NCBI GenBank assembly: GCA_964577595.1
Contig: CAZNZK010000001.1
Span: forward strand, 66,271-130,270
From: an uncultured Candidatus Saccharibacteria bacterium
Lineage (GTDB): Bacteria > Patescibacteriota > Minisyncoccia > Phycocordibacterales > JAKAEA01
Direction of reading: 5' to 3'
DNA: 64,000 nucleotides
Positions within the stretch are counted from its first letter, which is position 1, and each line of letters opens with the position of its first letter. Below are positions 35,326 to 45,420 of the stretch, piece by piece. The position numbers and the translations under genes are program-made. The notes under the pieces were generated by a model. That model saw nothing but the letters and a program-made list of their open reading frames with translations, was not told the origin of the DNA and ran no database searches.

Positions 35326-35835
35326 TTAGTCCGGCTTGAAGAGCAGACCGCCTTGGTACGAATGCGTACCCAGCTCGGTAATTTTTGCAGATTCCATAGC
35401 TATCTTTTCTCGGCCTTTGAACTCCGAAAAATCTCCCTTGCAGTCGTAGTTGTAGTATGCCAGGCCGCTGTCGACTTGTTCACAGTTGGCACCGCGTCCG
35501 CCGTGAAAAACTCCTGCGCGGTAGTTTTCCAACAAACATTCCTGAAGGAAGGGAATTGCTTCTTTCTCATACCAACCCCAGTAAGACATGTGCCACACTG
35601 GCTGACCCCGGTAGGTGATGAGGGTGTAGCCCCAGCTGTACTTCTCGCCTGCATTGACCCAGTAGCGATCAGTAACCTGCCAATCGCTTTTTTCTTCGGG
35701 GGGAGGGTAAACATACTGCTCAGAACCGTCGGGCAGTACTTCGGGTGAGGCGCCTGCCGCCCAGCCGTGCAACATTGCCTCAAAGAACATGCTTTGAATT
35801 TCTTCCACGGGCGCTTTCATGTGCGCTCCTTTCAT
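35326..35835 (-). CDS. hypothetical protein (Trp/Tyr-rich DUF)
   Basis: 169-aa ORF with good coding statistics. No recognisable motif. Confidence 0.35.
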   Translation of the reverse strand: MKGAHMKAPVEEIQSMFFEAMLHGWAAGASPEVLPDGSEQYVYPPPEEKSDWQVTDRYWVNAGEKYSWGYTLITYRGQPVWHMSYWGWYEKEAIPFLQECLLENYRAGVFHGGRGANCEQVDSGLAYYNYDCKGDFSEFKGREKIAMESAKITELGTHSYQGGLLFKPD

Positions 35836-36061
35836 GTTGGCTGTTTTTATAGAAAAGTCACGCGACTCTTCAAAATTTCTGCTTGTAAAATAACATTTTT
35901 AATATTTTTGTCAATAAACTTTCAGAAAACGGTGAAAATGTGGATAACTGTGTTGGCATGTAGTAGAATGTGGTATAAAATGGTTAAGAGTGGGAGAAAG
36001 TGGAGTGGCGATTTTAGTCGGCTCCATTTGCCTCTCCCGAAAAAATACACGAAAGAATCAT

Positions 36062-36508
36062 ATGCTGATCGGCGAATTTACACACACTATTGATGATAAA
36101 AACCGCGTGGCTTTGCCCGCGAAGTTTCGCCGTGACTTGGGCAAAAAAGTGGTGATGACTTACGGCTTGGACCAGTGCTTGGCGCTGTATCCGGCGGGCG
36201 AGTGGCAAACGATTGCTACGAAGCTTTCCGGCCTCAGCACGGGTGTTGCGGACAGCCGTGGTTTCAACCGCTTAATGCTCTCTGGTGCCACCGACGCTGA
36301 GGTTGATGGCGCTGGCCGCTTGCTTATACCCGAACACTTACGCGATTTTGCCCAACTGGGCGACAAGGCGGGTGCAAAGGTCGTTTTTGCCGGCGTCGGT
36401 AACCGGCTTGAAGTGTGGAGCGAGGCGCGCTGGGCGAGCTATAAGAAGAGCATCACCAGCCGGGCCGACGCTCTGGCTCAAAAATTGGGCGAAATAGGCG
36501 CTTTCTAA
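36062..36508 (+). CDS. mraZ: transcriptional regulator MraZ
   Basis: MLIGEFTHTIDDKNRVALPAKFRRDL ... GRLLIPEHLRDFAQL (tandem MraZ repeats with DxxxR). First gene of the dcw cluster. Track ORF starts 72 nt upstream. Confidence 0.75.
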   Translation: MLIGEFTHTIDDKNRVALPAKFRRDLGKKVVMTYGLDQCLALYPAGEWQTIATKLSGLSTGVADSRGFNRLMLSGATDAEVDGAGRLLIPEHLRDFAQLGDKAGAKVVFAGVGNRLEVWSEARWASYKKSITSRADALAQKLGEIGAF

Positions 36509-36509
36509 C

Positions 36510-37421
36510 ATGGAAAGCACGGTTCATACGCCAGTTCTTTTACAAGAAGTTATTGATGGCTTGAGTGTTCAGCCGGGCGACATTGTGGTTGATGGCACCG
36601 TGGGTGGCGCTGGCCACAGTGAAGAGCTTTTAAAGCGCGGTGGCGGGCAGATCAAACTGATTTGTCTTGATGCCGACGCGGGAGCTTTGGCTCGTGCCCG
36701 AGAACGTCTCGCTTCGTTTGACCAAGCGAAAATCTTTTTTATTGAAAGCAATTTTCGCCGGTTAGTGACGGTGCTTGATGAGCTCGGTGTGCCGAAAATC
36801 AACAAACTGCTCTTGGATCTCGGCTTGAGTTCCGATGATCTCGCGCAATCGGGCAGGGGATTCAGTTTCCAAAAAACTGATGAGCCCTTGCTGATGACAT
36901 TCGCCGACCCGGCCAAAGAGCCTGCCTTGTTGACTGCTGAAACCATCTTGAACACCTGGAGCGCAGAAACACTCACTACTATTTTGACTGGGTACGGCGA
37001 AGAGCGGTATGCCTTCAAAATTGCGCAGGCAATTGTTGAGGCGCGCCGAGGAAAGCCATTCAAAACCGTCGGTGATTTGGTGGAGGTAATTTTGGCGGCG
37101 ACGCCGAAAAGCTACCATCACCGCAAAATCCACCCAGCCACCAAAACATTTCAGGCTCTGCGCATCGCCGTTAACGACGAGCTTGGCGCTTTGCAGGAAG
37201 CTCTGGAAGCCGGTTGGCAAGTGCTCGCTCCGGGTGGCCGCATTGCCATCATCAGCTTCCACTCGTTGGAAGATCGCATTGTTAAACGGTTCTTCCAACA
37301 GGAAAAGAAAGAAGGCAGGGCGGATGTACTTACGAAAAAGCCTCAAACTGCCAGCCGAGCTGAAGCCATCAGTAACCCCCGCAGTCGTTCCGCAAAATTA
37401 CGCATCATTCTCAAAAAATAA
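36510..37421 (+). CDS. rsmH: 16S rRNA (cytosine1402-N4)-methyltransferase RsmH (MraW)
   Basis: HTPVLLQEVIDGL ... DGTVGGAGHS ... LDLGLSSDDL: typical RsmH SAM-binding motifs. Confidence 0.8.
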   Translation: MESTVHTPVLLQEVIDGLSVQPGDIVVDGTVGGAGHSEELLKRGGGQIKLICLDADAGALARARERLASFDQAKIFFIESNFRRLVTVLDELGVPKINKLLLDLGLSSDDLAQSGRGFSFQKTDEPLLMTFADPAKEPALLTAETILNTWSAETLTTILTGYGEERYAFKIAQAIVEARRGKPFKTVGDLVEVILAATPKSYHHRKIHPATKTFQALRIAVNDELGALQEALEAGWQVLAPGGRIAIISFHSLEDRIVKRFFQQEKKEGRADVLTKKPQTASRAEAISNPRSRSAKLRIILKK

Positions 37422-37440
37422 TTTTCATACTTAGAACAAA

Positions 37441-37800
37441 ATGCAGTACGTATCAACTTACAACCAATCAACCCCCGCCTGGAAACTTTGGCTTCGCCTA
37501 CTGACCGCTAAGCGGCTCTTTTTTGTGTGCGCGGCGTTGTTGCTCGTGTTGTTTGGTATATACGTCTATTTTATTAATGCTACTATCCGCAATGTTGTCG
37601 CTTTTAACCGTCTTCAACAATCCAATAGCGCTATGGCTGTGGAGGTGAATAATCTGCAAACAGAATACAGCAGTCTTAAAAGCGCGGTGAGTTTGGCGAG
37701 TGCCTATCAAAGCGGCTACCAGGATGTGGCCACCCCCCAATTCATTTCTGCGGCGCCAAGTTCCCGTGCAGGTGTCGCTCTTTCGTATAAATACCCATAA
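37441..37800 (+). CDS. ftsL: cell division protein FtsL-like (single-TM, coiled coil)
   Basis: 119 aa with one TM helix followed by a heptad region. Positioned between rsmH and ftsI. Confidence 0.45.
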   Translation: MQYVSTYNQSTPAWKLWLRLLTAKRLFFVCAALLLVLFGIYVYFINATIRNVVAFNRLQQSNSAMAVEVNNLQTEYSSLKSAVSLASAYQSGYQDVATPQFISAAPSSRAGVALSYKYP

Positions 37801-37821
37801 GCGGCCGCGCTCGCGTATATT

Positions 37822-39543
37822 ATGAGCACTCGTAGCCGCATTCGTCTCATTTCCATTTTGCTCATAGCTTTTGCTCTGGTGCTCGTTGGCCGCCTTTATT
37901 TTATTCAGATAGTTCAGGGTGGGGATTTTTCTGCGCGTGCCGACGAGCAATATACTCGGCCGAGTAGTGGCCTCTACAACCGCGGTACTATTTACTTTCA
38001 GGATAAAACAAGCACGCTCATTCCTGCCGCTTCACTAGCCACGGGTTATACGGTTGCGATTAATCCTAATCAAATAAGCGCCAGTGGTACGCCAGCGCTG
38101 ATCTACCAAAAACTTAATGGTATTTTGCCGCTGGATAAACCGACATTTTTGGCCGATGCTGCCAAAAGCACCGATACATATGAAGAAATTGCTCAACATG
38201 TTCCGAAATCGCAAGCTGACGCCATTACCGCCCTCAAACTTTCCGCTATTGGTATTTATCAAGATCGTTGGCGAGTCTACCCAGAAGATACTCTAGCTTC
38301 GCAGGTCGTTGGTTTTGTTGGTTACGATAGCACTACCACTGACGGTCGCTATGGTTTGGAAAAATATTACAATAGCACGCTAGAACGCGATGGCGATGAT
38401 GTATACGTAAATATTTTTGCTCAAATTTTTTCTAATATAAAAGAAGTCACTGGAGGTCAGCAAGAGGGGGACATTGTTACCACTATTGATCCGAACGTTC
38501 AGCAATATTTAGAGCAACAATTGCAGGCTGTGCAAGCAAAATACAGCTCAACAGTCACTGGTGGTATTGTTATTGATCCACAGACTGGCAATATTATTGC
38601 CATGGGCGCCACCCCCGATTTTGACCCGAATAATTACGGTAATGTCAGCGATATTGGTGTTTTCACAAACCCGTTGGTGCAAAACGTGTATGAAATGGGT
38701 TCGGTTATAAAGTCGCTGACTATGGCAGCCGGCTTGGATGCGGGGGTAGTGACACCGACCACGACCTATAACGACACCGGCTCGCTCACTTTGGACGGGC
38801 ACACTATTTGGAATTATGATTTACGTGGTCGGGGGCCACAAACCACTATGCAAACGGTTTTGAATGACTCGCTCAACACGGGTGCGGCCACAGTTGCCCT
38901 CAAGCTCGGCAATAGCCTATTCTCAAATTATATGTACCGTTTTGGCCTTGGTTCCAGCACGGGTATTGATTTACCTAATGAGGCACACAACTTACTGAGT
39001 ACTCTACAAAGCTCGCGTGACATTGATCATGCCACCGCCGCGTATGGCCAGGGTATTGCCATGTCGCCGATTTCTACGGTCCGCGCGCTTTGTGCTTTGG
39101 CTAATGGTGGCACGCTTATTACGCCGCACGTGGTCAATCAGATTAATTATACCGATGGTACGAGTCGCACGCTTTCGTATGGTCCAGGTCCGCGGGCTAT
39201 TTCCACCAGCACAGCGCTGGCTATTTCCGGCATGCTTACCACGGTGTATCAGCAGGCCTTAGTTGCCGACAAGGTTGGCGCGGTTAAATTTAATAACTAT
39301 TCCGTTGCTTCTAAAACCGGCACGGCTCAAATTCCGGCGCCTGGCGGCGGCTATCTGCCCAATCAATATTTGAACTCTTTCTTCGGTTATTTCCCCTCAG
39401 CTCAGTCGCAGGCACGTTTCCTGATTTTCTTGTATACTTATAAGCCGCAGAATGTTGACTTTGCTTCGCAGAGCTTAACGCCATCATTTGTTAATTTGGT
39501 CAAATATCTGATAAATTATTACGAAGTGCCTCCAGATCGCTAG
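37822..39543 (+). CDS. ftsI: peptidoglycan D,D-transpeptidase FtsI (PBP3-like)
   Basis: SxxK (GSVIKS), SxN (NDSLNTG), KTG (KTGTAQ). N-terminal TM. dcw position. Confidence 0.75.
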   Translation: MSTRSRIRLISILLIAFALVLVGRLYFIQIVQGGDFSARADEQYTRPSSGLYNRGTIYFQDKTSTLIPAASLATGYTVAINPNQISASGTPALIYQKLNGILPLDKPTFLADAAKSTDTYEEIAQHVPKSQADAITALKLSAIGIYQDRWRVYPEDTLASQVVGFVGYDSTTTDGRYGLEKYYNSTLERDGDDVYVNIFAQIFSNIKEVTGGQQEGDIVTTIDPNVQQYLEQQLQAVQAKYSSTVTGGIVIDPQTGNIIAMGATPDFDPNNYGNVSDIGVFTNPLVQNVYEMGSVIKSLTMAAGLDAGVVTPTTTYNDTGSLTLDGHTIWNYDLRGRGPQTTMQTVLNDSLNTGAATVALKLGNSLFSNYMYRFGLGSSTGIDLPNEAHNLLSTLQSSRDIDHATAAYGQGIAMSPISTVRALCALANGGTLITPHVVNQINYTDGTSRTLSYGPGPRAISTSTALAISGMLTTVYQQALVADKVGAVKFNNYSVASKTGTAQIPAPGGGYLPNQYLNSFFGYFPSAQSQARFLIFLYTYKPQNVDFASQSLTPSFVNLVKYLINYYEVPPDR

Positions 39544-39546
39544 AAG

Positions 39547-39605
39547 GTGAAAGAACTTTTCGCAGGGGCTTGCATCGTTTATCTCCCCGAGAAAAGTTCT
39601 TTCAC
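39547..39605 (+). repeat. nested-hairpin intergenic repeat, family 2 copy 1
   Basis: GTGAAAGAACTTTTC-GCA-GGGG-CTTGCATCGTTTATCT-CCCC-GA-GAAAAGTTCTTTCAC between ftsI and murF. Reverse-complement homolog of 49570..49628 with compensatory outer-stem changes. Confidence 0.5.
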
Positions 39606-39616
39606 CGTATAACACT

Positions 39617-40969
39617 ATGAAAGAAACATTTAAATTTATAGTTGAGAAAATAATCGTTTGGGAAGCGAAATTAGTCCTTAAAAAATATAAGCCTAGAATT
39701 ATTGCCATCACTGGTTCGGTGGGGAAGACTTCCACGAAGGATGCAATTTTCAGCACCCTGGTGGCTATTTTGCCGGGCGGGGCACAAGCAGTGCGTAAGA
39801 GCGATAAAAGCTTCAATAGCGACATTGGCGTGGCTCTCACCGTGCTGGGCTTGCCTAACGGTTGGTATAACCCTTTTCGTTGGCTGGCTAATTTCGTTGA
39901 GGGTTGTATGCAGGCATTTTTCACTCTCCACTATCCAAAGTTGTTGGTGCTGGAAATTGGGGCCGACAGGCCGGGCGACATTGCCCGCGTTACCGAATGG
40001 GTTAAGCCCGACATCGTCGTGCTCACCAAACTCGCTGATGTGCCGGTGCATGTTGAGTTCTTTCCATCGGTGGAGGCACTTGTCAGTGAAAAAGGTCAGC
40101 TGGTGGCGGCCCTTAAGCCTACTGGCACGCTCATACTCAATGCCGACGATGAGCGCGTCACGGCTTTGGCTAATGGAGTGGCCTGCAAAAAAATTACCTA
40201 TGGTTTCGGGGCTACTGCGGCGGTGCGCGTTGGTTATGATGAAATCGCCTACGCGCCTTCCGAGCGTTCCGACGTGGCGATGCCGGCCGGCCTACGTTTT
40301 CGGCTTGAATATGGCGGTACGAGCATACCGGTTATGATTGCTGGTGTGTTAGGCCGTCAGCATATCTACCCATTAGCCGCCGCTTTCGCTGTAGCCACGG
40401 CTTTGGGCGAAACTAATCACCTGTTGGTGGCCGAAGCTTTAGCAAAATACGAGCCAACGCCGGGCCGGATGCGTCTGGTGACTGGTATGCACGAAACCGT
40501 TATTTTAGATGATAGTTACAACGCTTCGCCGGTGGCGGTGGCGGCAGGGCTTGAAGTGCTTGAAAGCTTGAAAGTGCCCGGCCGAAAAATCGCTGTTTTG
40601 GGCGATATGATGGAACTCGGTGACTATTCCGTAGTTGAACATCGAAAAGTCGGGGAACGGGTGGCTAAAATCAGTAAAAAGTCCAGTAAGAAATTTCCGA
40701 CGTTTTTTGTTGGCGTCGGTGTACGCATGCGTGGAGCTGCCGACGCCGCTTTAGATGCTGGTATGGACGACAATACTGTTTTGCAATTTGATACGAGCCG
40801 CGAAGCCGGCCGCTACCTCGCCGACCAGCTCCAGCAGGGAGATGCTATTTTCGTGAAAGGTTCCCAAAGCCTGCGCATGGAGCGCGTTACTGAAGAATTG
40901 ATGGAGCATCGCGAAATCGCCGAAAAATTGCTCGCCCGCCAGGAGGGTGTGTGGAAAAGAAAGAAATAA
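39617..40969 (+). CDS. murF: Mur ligase family protein, MurF-like; lacks the usual N-terminal domain
   Basis: P-loop IIAITGSVGKTSTKDAI at residue ~30. C-terminal GDMMELGDYSVVEHRKVG motif typical of MurF. dcw context. Confidence 0.55.
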   Translation: MKETFKFIVEKIIVWEAKLVLKKYKPRIIAITGSVGKTSTKDAIFSTLVAILPGGAQAVRKSDKSFNSDIGVALTVLGLPNGWYNPFRWLANFVEGCMQAFFTLHYPKLLVLEIGADRPGDIARVTEWVKPDIVVLTKLADVPVHVEFFPSVEALVSEKGQLVAALKPTGTLILNADDERVTALANGVACKKITYGFGATAAVRVGYDEIAYAPSERSDVAMPAGLRFRLEYGGTSIPVMIAGVLGRQHIYPLAAAFAVATALGETNHLLVAEALAKYEPTPGRMRLVTGMHETVILDDSYNASPVAVAAGLEVLESLKVPGRKIAVLGDMMELGDYSVVEHRKVGERVAKISKKSSKKFPTFFVGVGVRMRGAADAALDAGMDDNTVLQFDTSREAGRYLADQLQQGDAIFVKGSQSLRMERVTEELMEHREIAEKLLARQEGVWKRKK

Positions 40970-41005
40970 ATTGTAAAAGGGATAAAGACACGTTATTATT
41001 CAGGT

Positions 41006-42010
41006 ATGAAAAACGGCTCACAAAAAATTCTCCTTTCCGGTGTGAAGCCTACGGGCCGGCCGCATATTGGAAATTACTTTGGAGCCATGAAGCAGTTTGT
41101 GGATATGCAGAATGAACATGCTACTTTTGTGATGATTGCCGACTACCACGCGCTTATTAGTGTACATAATAAGGAGGAATTAGCGGGCGACATTCTTGGC
41201 GTGGCTTTGGACTATTTAGCTATTGGCTTGGATCCGGCCAAGGTGACTATTTTTAAACAGTCGGATGTCTCGGCACACACCGAGCTTGCTTGGATTTTTA
41301 ATTGTTTAACAACCATTCCGTATTTGGAACGAGCTCATGCTTTTAAGGACGCGGAGGCTAAGGATAAGGAGGTGAATATGGGGCTTTTTGACTATCCGGT
41401 GCTTATGGCTGCTGATATTTTACTCTACGATGCCGATGTTGTGCCCGTAGGTGCTGATCAGGCTCAGCATTTGGAAATTAGTCGCGATTTGGCTCGTAAA
41501 TTCAATCTTACGTTTGGCGGTAAGGGTGAAAAGGGCGAGCCGATTTTCAAAGAGCCAAAAGGGTTAATTTTGAAAGACGTTGGTGTGGTGCCAGGCACCG
41601 ATGGCCGCAAAATGTCCAAGAGCTATGGCAATACTATTCCGCTTTTTGCCAGTGACGAAGAAATTAAAAAAGCGGTGATGAGTATTGTGACCGATTCTAA
41701 ATCACCAGCCGAGCCGAAGGATCCAGAGAAGGATAATATTTTTGCTTTATATAAGCTTTTTGCTACGCCGAGCGAATTAGCCGAATTGCGCGAGCGCTAT
41801 GTGAAGGGTGGCTTGGGCTACAAAGAGGCGAAAGAGTTGCTTATCGTGCGGATTTTAGCGTTCGTAGCGCCCTTGCGTGAGAAGCGCGCCAAGCTTGAAA
41901 AGAATATTGCTTCAGTTAAGGAAATCCTTTTGGCCGGAGGCGAAAAAGCTCGCGAGGTTGCCGATGCCAAAATGCGGAAGGTGCGTGACGTTATTGGGGT
42001 GAATCTATAA
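41006..42010 (+). CDS. trpS: tryptophanyl-tRNA synthetase
   Basis: HIGH (TGRPHIGN) and KMSKS motifs. 334 aa class I Trp/Tyr fold. Confidence 0.85.
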   Translation: MKNGSQKILLSGVKPTGRPHIGNYFGAMKQFVDMQNEHATFVMIADYHALISVHNKEELAGDILGVALDYLAIGLDPAKVTIFKQSDVSAHTELAWIFNCLTTIPYLERAHAFKDAEAKDKEVNMGLFDYPVLMAADILLYDADVVPVGADQAQHLEISRDLARKFNLTFGGKGEKGEPIFKEPKGLILKDVGVVPGTDGRKMSKSYGNTIPLFASDEEIKKAVMSIVTDSKSPAEPKDPEKDNIFALYKLFATPSELAELRERYVKGGLGYKEAKELLIVRILAFVAPLREKRAKLEKNIASVKEILLAGGEKAREVADAKMRKVRDVIGVNL

Positions 42011-42018
42011 AATGCAAA

Positions 42019-42339
42019 TTAGTTGGCGATGCAGGAGGTGGCAATAGCTGTGAGGCTGGTTGATGAACTCAATAGTGCGGAAAAGTCTATAGAGATTGGC
42101 TGGCCGTTGGAATAGGTGAATGCGGTTGGTTTTGTGATTGTGTTAATTGCGGCGCAGGAAATAGCGGCTGTGGTAGTGCGTGCCTGGCTAGTGGCATTTT
42201 CAAATTGCATTTCCAATGCCCGCAGGCGTTCCACTTGTATAAAAAGAGCGAGGCAAAGAATGGCACTAAAAAAGATGACGCCAATGAGGGCGACGAAGCC
42301 ATCGTGGCTGCTATGCGATTTTCGCTGATTATTGCGCAT
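42019..42339 (-). CDS. possible minor pilin-like protein
   Basis: After MRNNQRKSHSSHDGFVALIGVIFFSAILCLALF: a hydrophobic pilin-like N-terminus but lacking Glu5. Overlaps the next pilin gene by ~10 nt. Confidence 0.3.
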   Translation of the reverse strand: MRNNQRKSHSSHDGFVALIGVIFFSAILCLALFIQVERLRALEMQFENATSQARTTTAAISCAAINTITKPTAFTYSNGQPISIDFSALLSSSTSLTAIATSCIAN

Positions 42340-42703
42340 AATAGTAATCAAGTTGCCATGGTGGCGCAAGCGATATGGATAGATGGTTAATTGTTTGCAG
42401 TACACTAACAGCTCCGAGTAAAAGTGTGGATGAAGTGCTTTCGCTCACCACAATCGGCGCGGCAATAGTATGCCACGCTTGCGTGTTGATAGTGTTCACG
42501 GCGGCAGGGTAATTTGTGGCACCGCTGATTTCTGCGTCGACATTTTGGACGGCAAAAAGGAGCGCCTCCTGATTTTTTGCTAAACGCATGAATGTGGCAT
42601 TTTGCTTGGCGAGTGAAATCCACGTTTCCGTCACACCCACAAAAAGCAGGGAAAAAAGACCATAGTAGATAAGCATCTCAATAAAGGTGAATCCTCGGTG
42701 CAT
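42329..42703 (-). CDS. type IV pilin / pseudopilin
   Basis: MHRGFTFIEMLIYYGLFSLLFVGV: G|FTFIEM class III signal with Glu5. Confidence 0.55.
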   Translation of the reverse strand: MHRGFTFIEMLIYYGLFSLLFVGVTETWISLAKQNATFMRLAKNQEALLFAVQNVDAEISGATNYPAAVNTINTQAWHTIAAPIVVSESTSSTLLLGAVSVLQTINHLSISLAPPWQLDYYYAQ

Positions 42704-42715
42704 GAGCGGTTGGAA

Positions 42716-44083
42716 TTATTGGTGGCTAAAGGAAACAATGGCCGATGATGTGGCGGCGATGGTATAGAGCATGTTGTTTTCGCTATCAAGGCCGAGTGTC
42801 GCTTGCGACCATACTTTTAGTGGTGTTCCGAAGAACGGGCCAGGGCCGATAGCGTTGGTAGTAAGCGAAAAAATACCCACGCTTGTTGCCACGAGAACGT
42901 GGCCGGCGATGGCTCGCAAGCCGGTTATATTCGCGGCTAGAGAGCTTGTTGCGATGATAGATGGTGCCGACGAACTTGCCACGTTGATGGCGACTAATTC
43001 CGGGTGGCTGGCAGAGGCGCCCTTAAGGCGTCCGGCATAGAGTGTGGTGCCAAGCAAAAAGAGCCGCTCAGTGTCTTCCGTTCCGGTAAAGCTTAAGTCG
43101 GCGATTTTGCCGGGGTGCGCGGGGTCGGCGACGTTTATAACTATAATGTCGCTGGTATTGCCCGATGTTGCCAGGTAAGCATAGTTGCCGGCGACAACAA
43201 TGTCGTTAATGTTGTGATTAAGCTCAAGTGAGCCAAGCCAACGCGGGTTTCCGGGCGTGGTGACGTCAAAAATATGAAATTCGTTGCCGGCCGTGCGATG
43301 GGTGCCTACATAGGCGCGGCCGGCATAGTAGCGCACACTTAAGCCGGAGGGCGCGGAGCCCGTAACGCCGGGTAATGAACGTGTAGCGACAATTTTAGGT
43401 TGGCTGGGATTTTGAATATCAACGATTTGTAACTGGCTGGTGGTGCCAACGACAACTAGGTACACATAGCTACCTGCGGCGTCAAGCATATTGACTGGCG
43501 GCGTGATGAGGCGGGAAATTATTGTTTGCGCAATAGTGCTGCTCACCACAAAATTGTAGCCGTCAGTTGAAGACGCGGCGAGATAGGTATTTCCGGAGAA
43601 AAAATCAAAACTGGTAATGCCGGACTCAAACACATGAGGCGCAGAAAAAGCAAAAGGTGGAGCGAGGCCTTGAGGTAGCATATAGCCGCCGCAGTCATTA
43701 CCAGCCGCCGCCAACGCTAAGGGTGGCGAATATGAAGCGGTCATGATCAATGTTCGGCTCATGCCCGTGCCTATTGCTCCGCGTGCCATTGCTATCGCTT
43801 CATTCAAGCATGGTTCAATCGCCGTAATTGAAGATGAGGCAAAAATGCCCGAAACGGTTTCTTGCTCTGCAGAGTTGTAGGCGATAGTTTTTTCCAACAA
43901 TGCTTGATCTCGGAAAAGCATATTGCTGTAAAGCGCTAGTCGTTCCAGGGATTGAAAATAATTTTGAAGCGTGGGCAATGCGGCGGCAATAATCATGCTG
44001 AAAATAACGGTCGCGATAATCACTTCAATCACTACCGACCCTTGTGCGGTGCCGAAGCCGTTTTTAGTAGGCCAGTTCTCCAT
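42716..44083 (-). CDS. large pilin-like protein with C-terminal beta-propeller-type repeats (candidate pilus tip/adhesin)
   Basis: N-terminus ...GFGTAQG|SVVIEVIIATVIFSMIIAAALP (Glu5 present). C-terminal ~300 aa with repeated Y-x-Y-L/V-A-x-G / beta-strand blades. Confidence 0.5.
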   Translation of the reverse strand: MENWPTKNGFGTAQGSVVIEVIIATVIFSMIIAAALPTLQNYFQSLERLALYSNMLFRDQALLEKTIAYNSAEQETVSGIFASSSITAIEPCLNEAIAMARGAIGTGMSRTLIMTASYSPPLALAAAGNDCGGYMLPQGLAPPFAFSAPHVFESGITSFDFFSGNTYLAASSTDGYNFVVSSTIAQTIISRLITPPVNMLDAAGSYVYLVVVGTTSQLQIVDIQNPSQPKIVATRSLPGVTGSAPSGLSVRYYAGRAYVGTHRTAGNEFHIFDVTTPGNPRWLGSLELNHNINDIVVAGNYAYLATSGNTSDIIVINVADPAHPGKIADLSFTGTEDTERLFLLGTTLYAGRLKGASASHPELVAINVASSSAPSIIATSSLAANITGLRAIAGHVLVATSVGIFSLTTNAIGPGPFFGTPLKVWSQATLGLDSENNMLYTIAATSSAIVSFSHQ

Positions 44084-44357
44084 CTGTATACACAATAATT
44101 GGCTCGGCGAACGTGCCGAATGAAGGAGTAATTGTAACTGTGGTAGTGCTTTGGCTGGCGTGGCGGTTTTCTATGAGTGTGTCCAGTTTGTTTTCTCGCA
44201 AAGTGAGCGCCATCCACTGATTATATTGGCTGAAAGAAATACCGAAGCCTGCAGCAGCAAGCAGGGCAAATATACCTATGACCGCCATGATTTCAATAAG
44301 CGTAAAAGCATTTTGGCGATTGTTAATGAATAGCGCTGACCGATTGCGAGATGGCAT
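44064..44357 (-). CDS. type IV pilin-like protein
   Basis: NRQNAFTLIEIMAVIGIFALLAAAG prepilin-type N-terminus. 97 aa. Confidence 0.5.
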   Translation of the reverse strand: MPSRNRSALFINNRQNAFTLIEIMAVIGIFALLAAAGFGISFSQYNQWMALTLRENKLDTLIENRHASQSTTTVTITPSFGTFAEPIIVYTDGELAY

Positions 44358-45420
44358 AAATGGGCAATATCATAGCTAAGGAAATAAAACCGACAGAGAT
44401 GCCCATGCCAATCATAAGCGCCGGCTCCAAAAGACTCATCCATTTTTTAACCGCATCCTCATATTCATTCTGAAAATACTCGGAAAGAAATGAGAGGGTT
44501 TCAGCCAGGGAAGCGCTCGCTTCGGCTGCGGAAATGAGCTGGATCATGGTTTGCGGAAAAAGGCGTGGGTTACGAGCAAGCGCGGCAGAAAACTTACCAC
44601 CGCCTTCTATATCGCCTCTGACTTTTTCCAGTGATCGGGCATAGGTGATATTGCCAGGGCGGGCACGCCGCAGACTTATCGGCAAAGAAAGGCCAGCCAA
44701 GATAAGCGTTGCTGTGGTGCCCGTAAAGACGCTCAGAACGTGTGATTTTAGAGTATTTCCAACTAGTGGTAACCACAGAAGCATTTGTCCTCCGCGATTG
44801 GCAATAACTTCTCGTGTCAGGGTAAGTTTACTGCAGAATATACTGATGCCGATAAATCCAATGCTGCTACTGGAGACTATAAGCCAATGGTGGACAACAG
44901 TGTCGGATACGAAGATTACAACACGTGTCGGCAAGGGCAACGCGGTGTGCATACTTGTCAGAAGTGGCCTGATTTTCGGAAAAATGCCGAAAGTCATGCC
45001 GCCGGTAAGTGCTATAGACAGAAGGGCGATACAGCAAGGGTAGGTGAGGGCTCCGATAAGTTTTTTACGGCTTGCATCTTTTTTGACGAGTTCATTACCC
45101 GCCCGTTCAAGCGCTGTCCGTAAGTTCCCCGATTCTTCGCCTGCGCTAATAACTGCCACAATGCCCGAGGGTAGAGAATTGGTATGTTGTTCAAGAGAGT
45201 AGGCAAGTGGCAAGCCGGTAGCCATATCGGCCGTAATGGCTTCCAAAAACCGGCGCATGCGATTTTTGGGCGGTAACGAAGCATTGGCAAGGCGCAAGCA
45301 TTCATCCAATGATGCTCCTGATTTTAGGAAAAAGCCCAACTGTTTGAACAGAATTATTTGTTCGCGCAAGTTGATATTTATTTTCTTAGTAGTTAACATT
45401 ATGTATTGATTACAGCGCAC
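44323..45420 (-). CDS. pilC: type IV pilus assembly platform protein PilC (GspF family)
   Basis: Two T2SS-F domains, three TM segments, ~365 aa. Adjacent to the secretion ATPase. Confidence 0.7.
   Translation of the reverse strand: MRCNQYIMLTTKKININLREQIILFKQLGFFLKSGASLDECLRLANASLPPKNRMRRFLEAITADMATGLPLAYSLEQHTNSLPSGIVAVISAGEESGNLRTALERAGNELVKKDASRKKLIGALTYPCCIALLSIALTGGMTFGIFPKIRPLLTSMHTALPLPTRVVIFVSDTVVHHWLIVSSSSIGFIGISIFCSKLTLTREVIANRGGQMLLWLPLVGNTLKSHVLSVFTGTTATLILAGLSLPISLRRARPGNITYARSLEKVRGDIEGGGKFSAALARNPRLFPQTMIQLISAAEASASLAETLSFLSEYFQNEYEDAVKKWMSLLEPALMIGMGISVGFISLAMILPIYAISQSVSAIH

Noticed and set aside
36569-37346. Minus-strand ORFs of 164 and 194 aa inside rsmH
   Set aside because: rsmH on the plus strand has unambiguous conserved motifs. 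The antisense frames are artefacts of GC-rich coding sequence.
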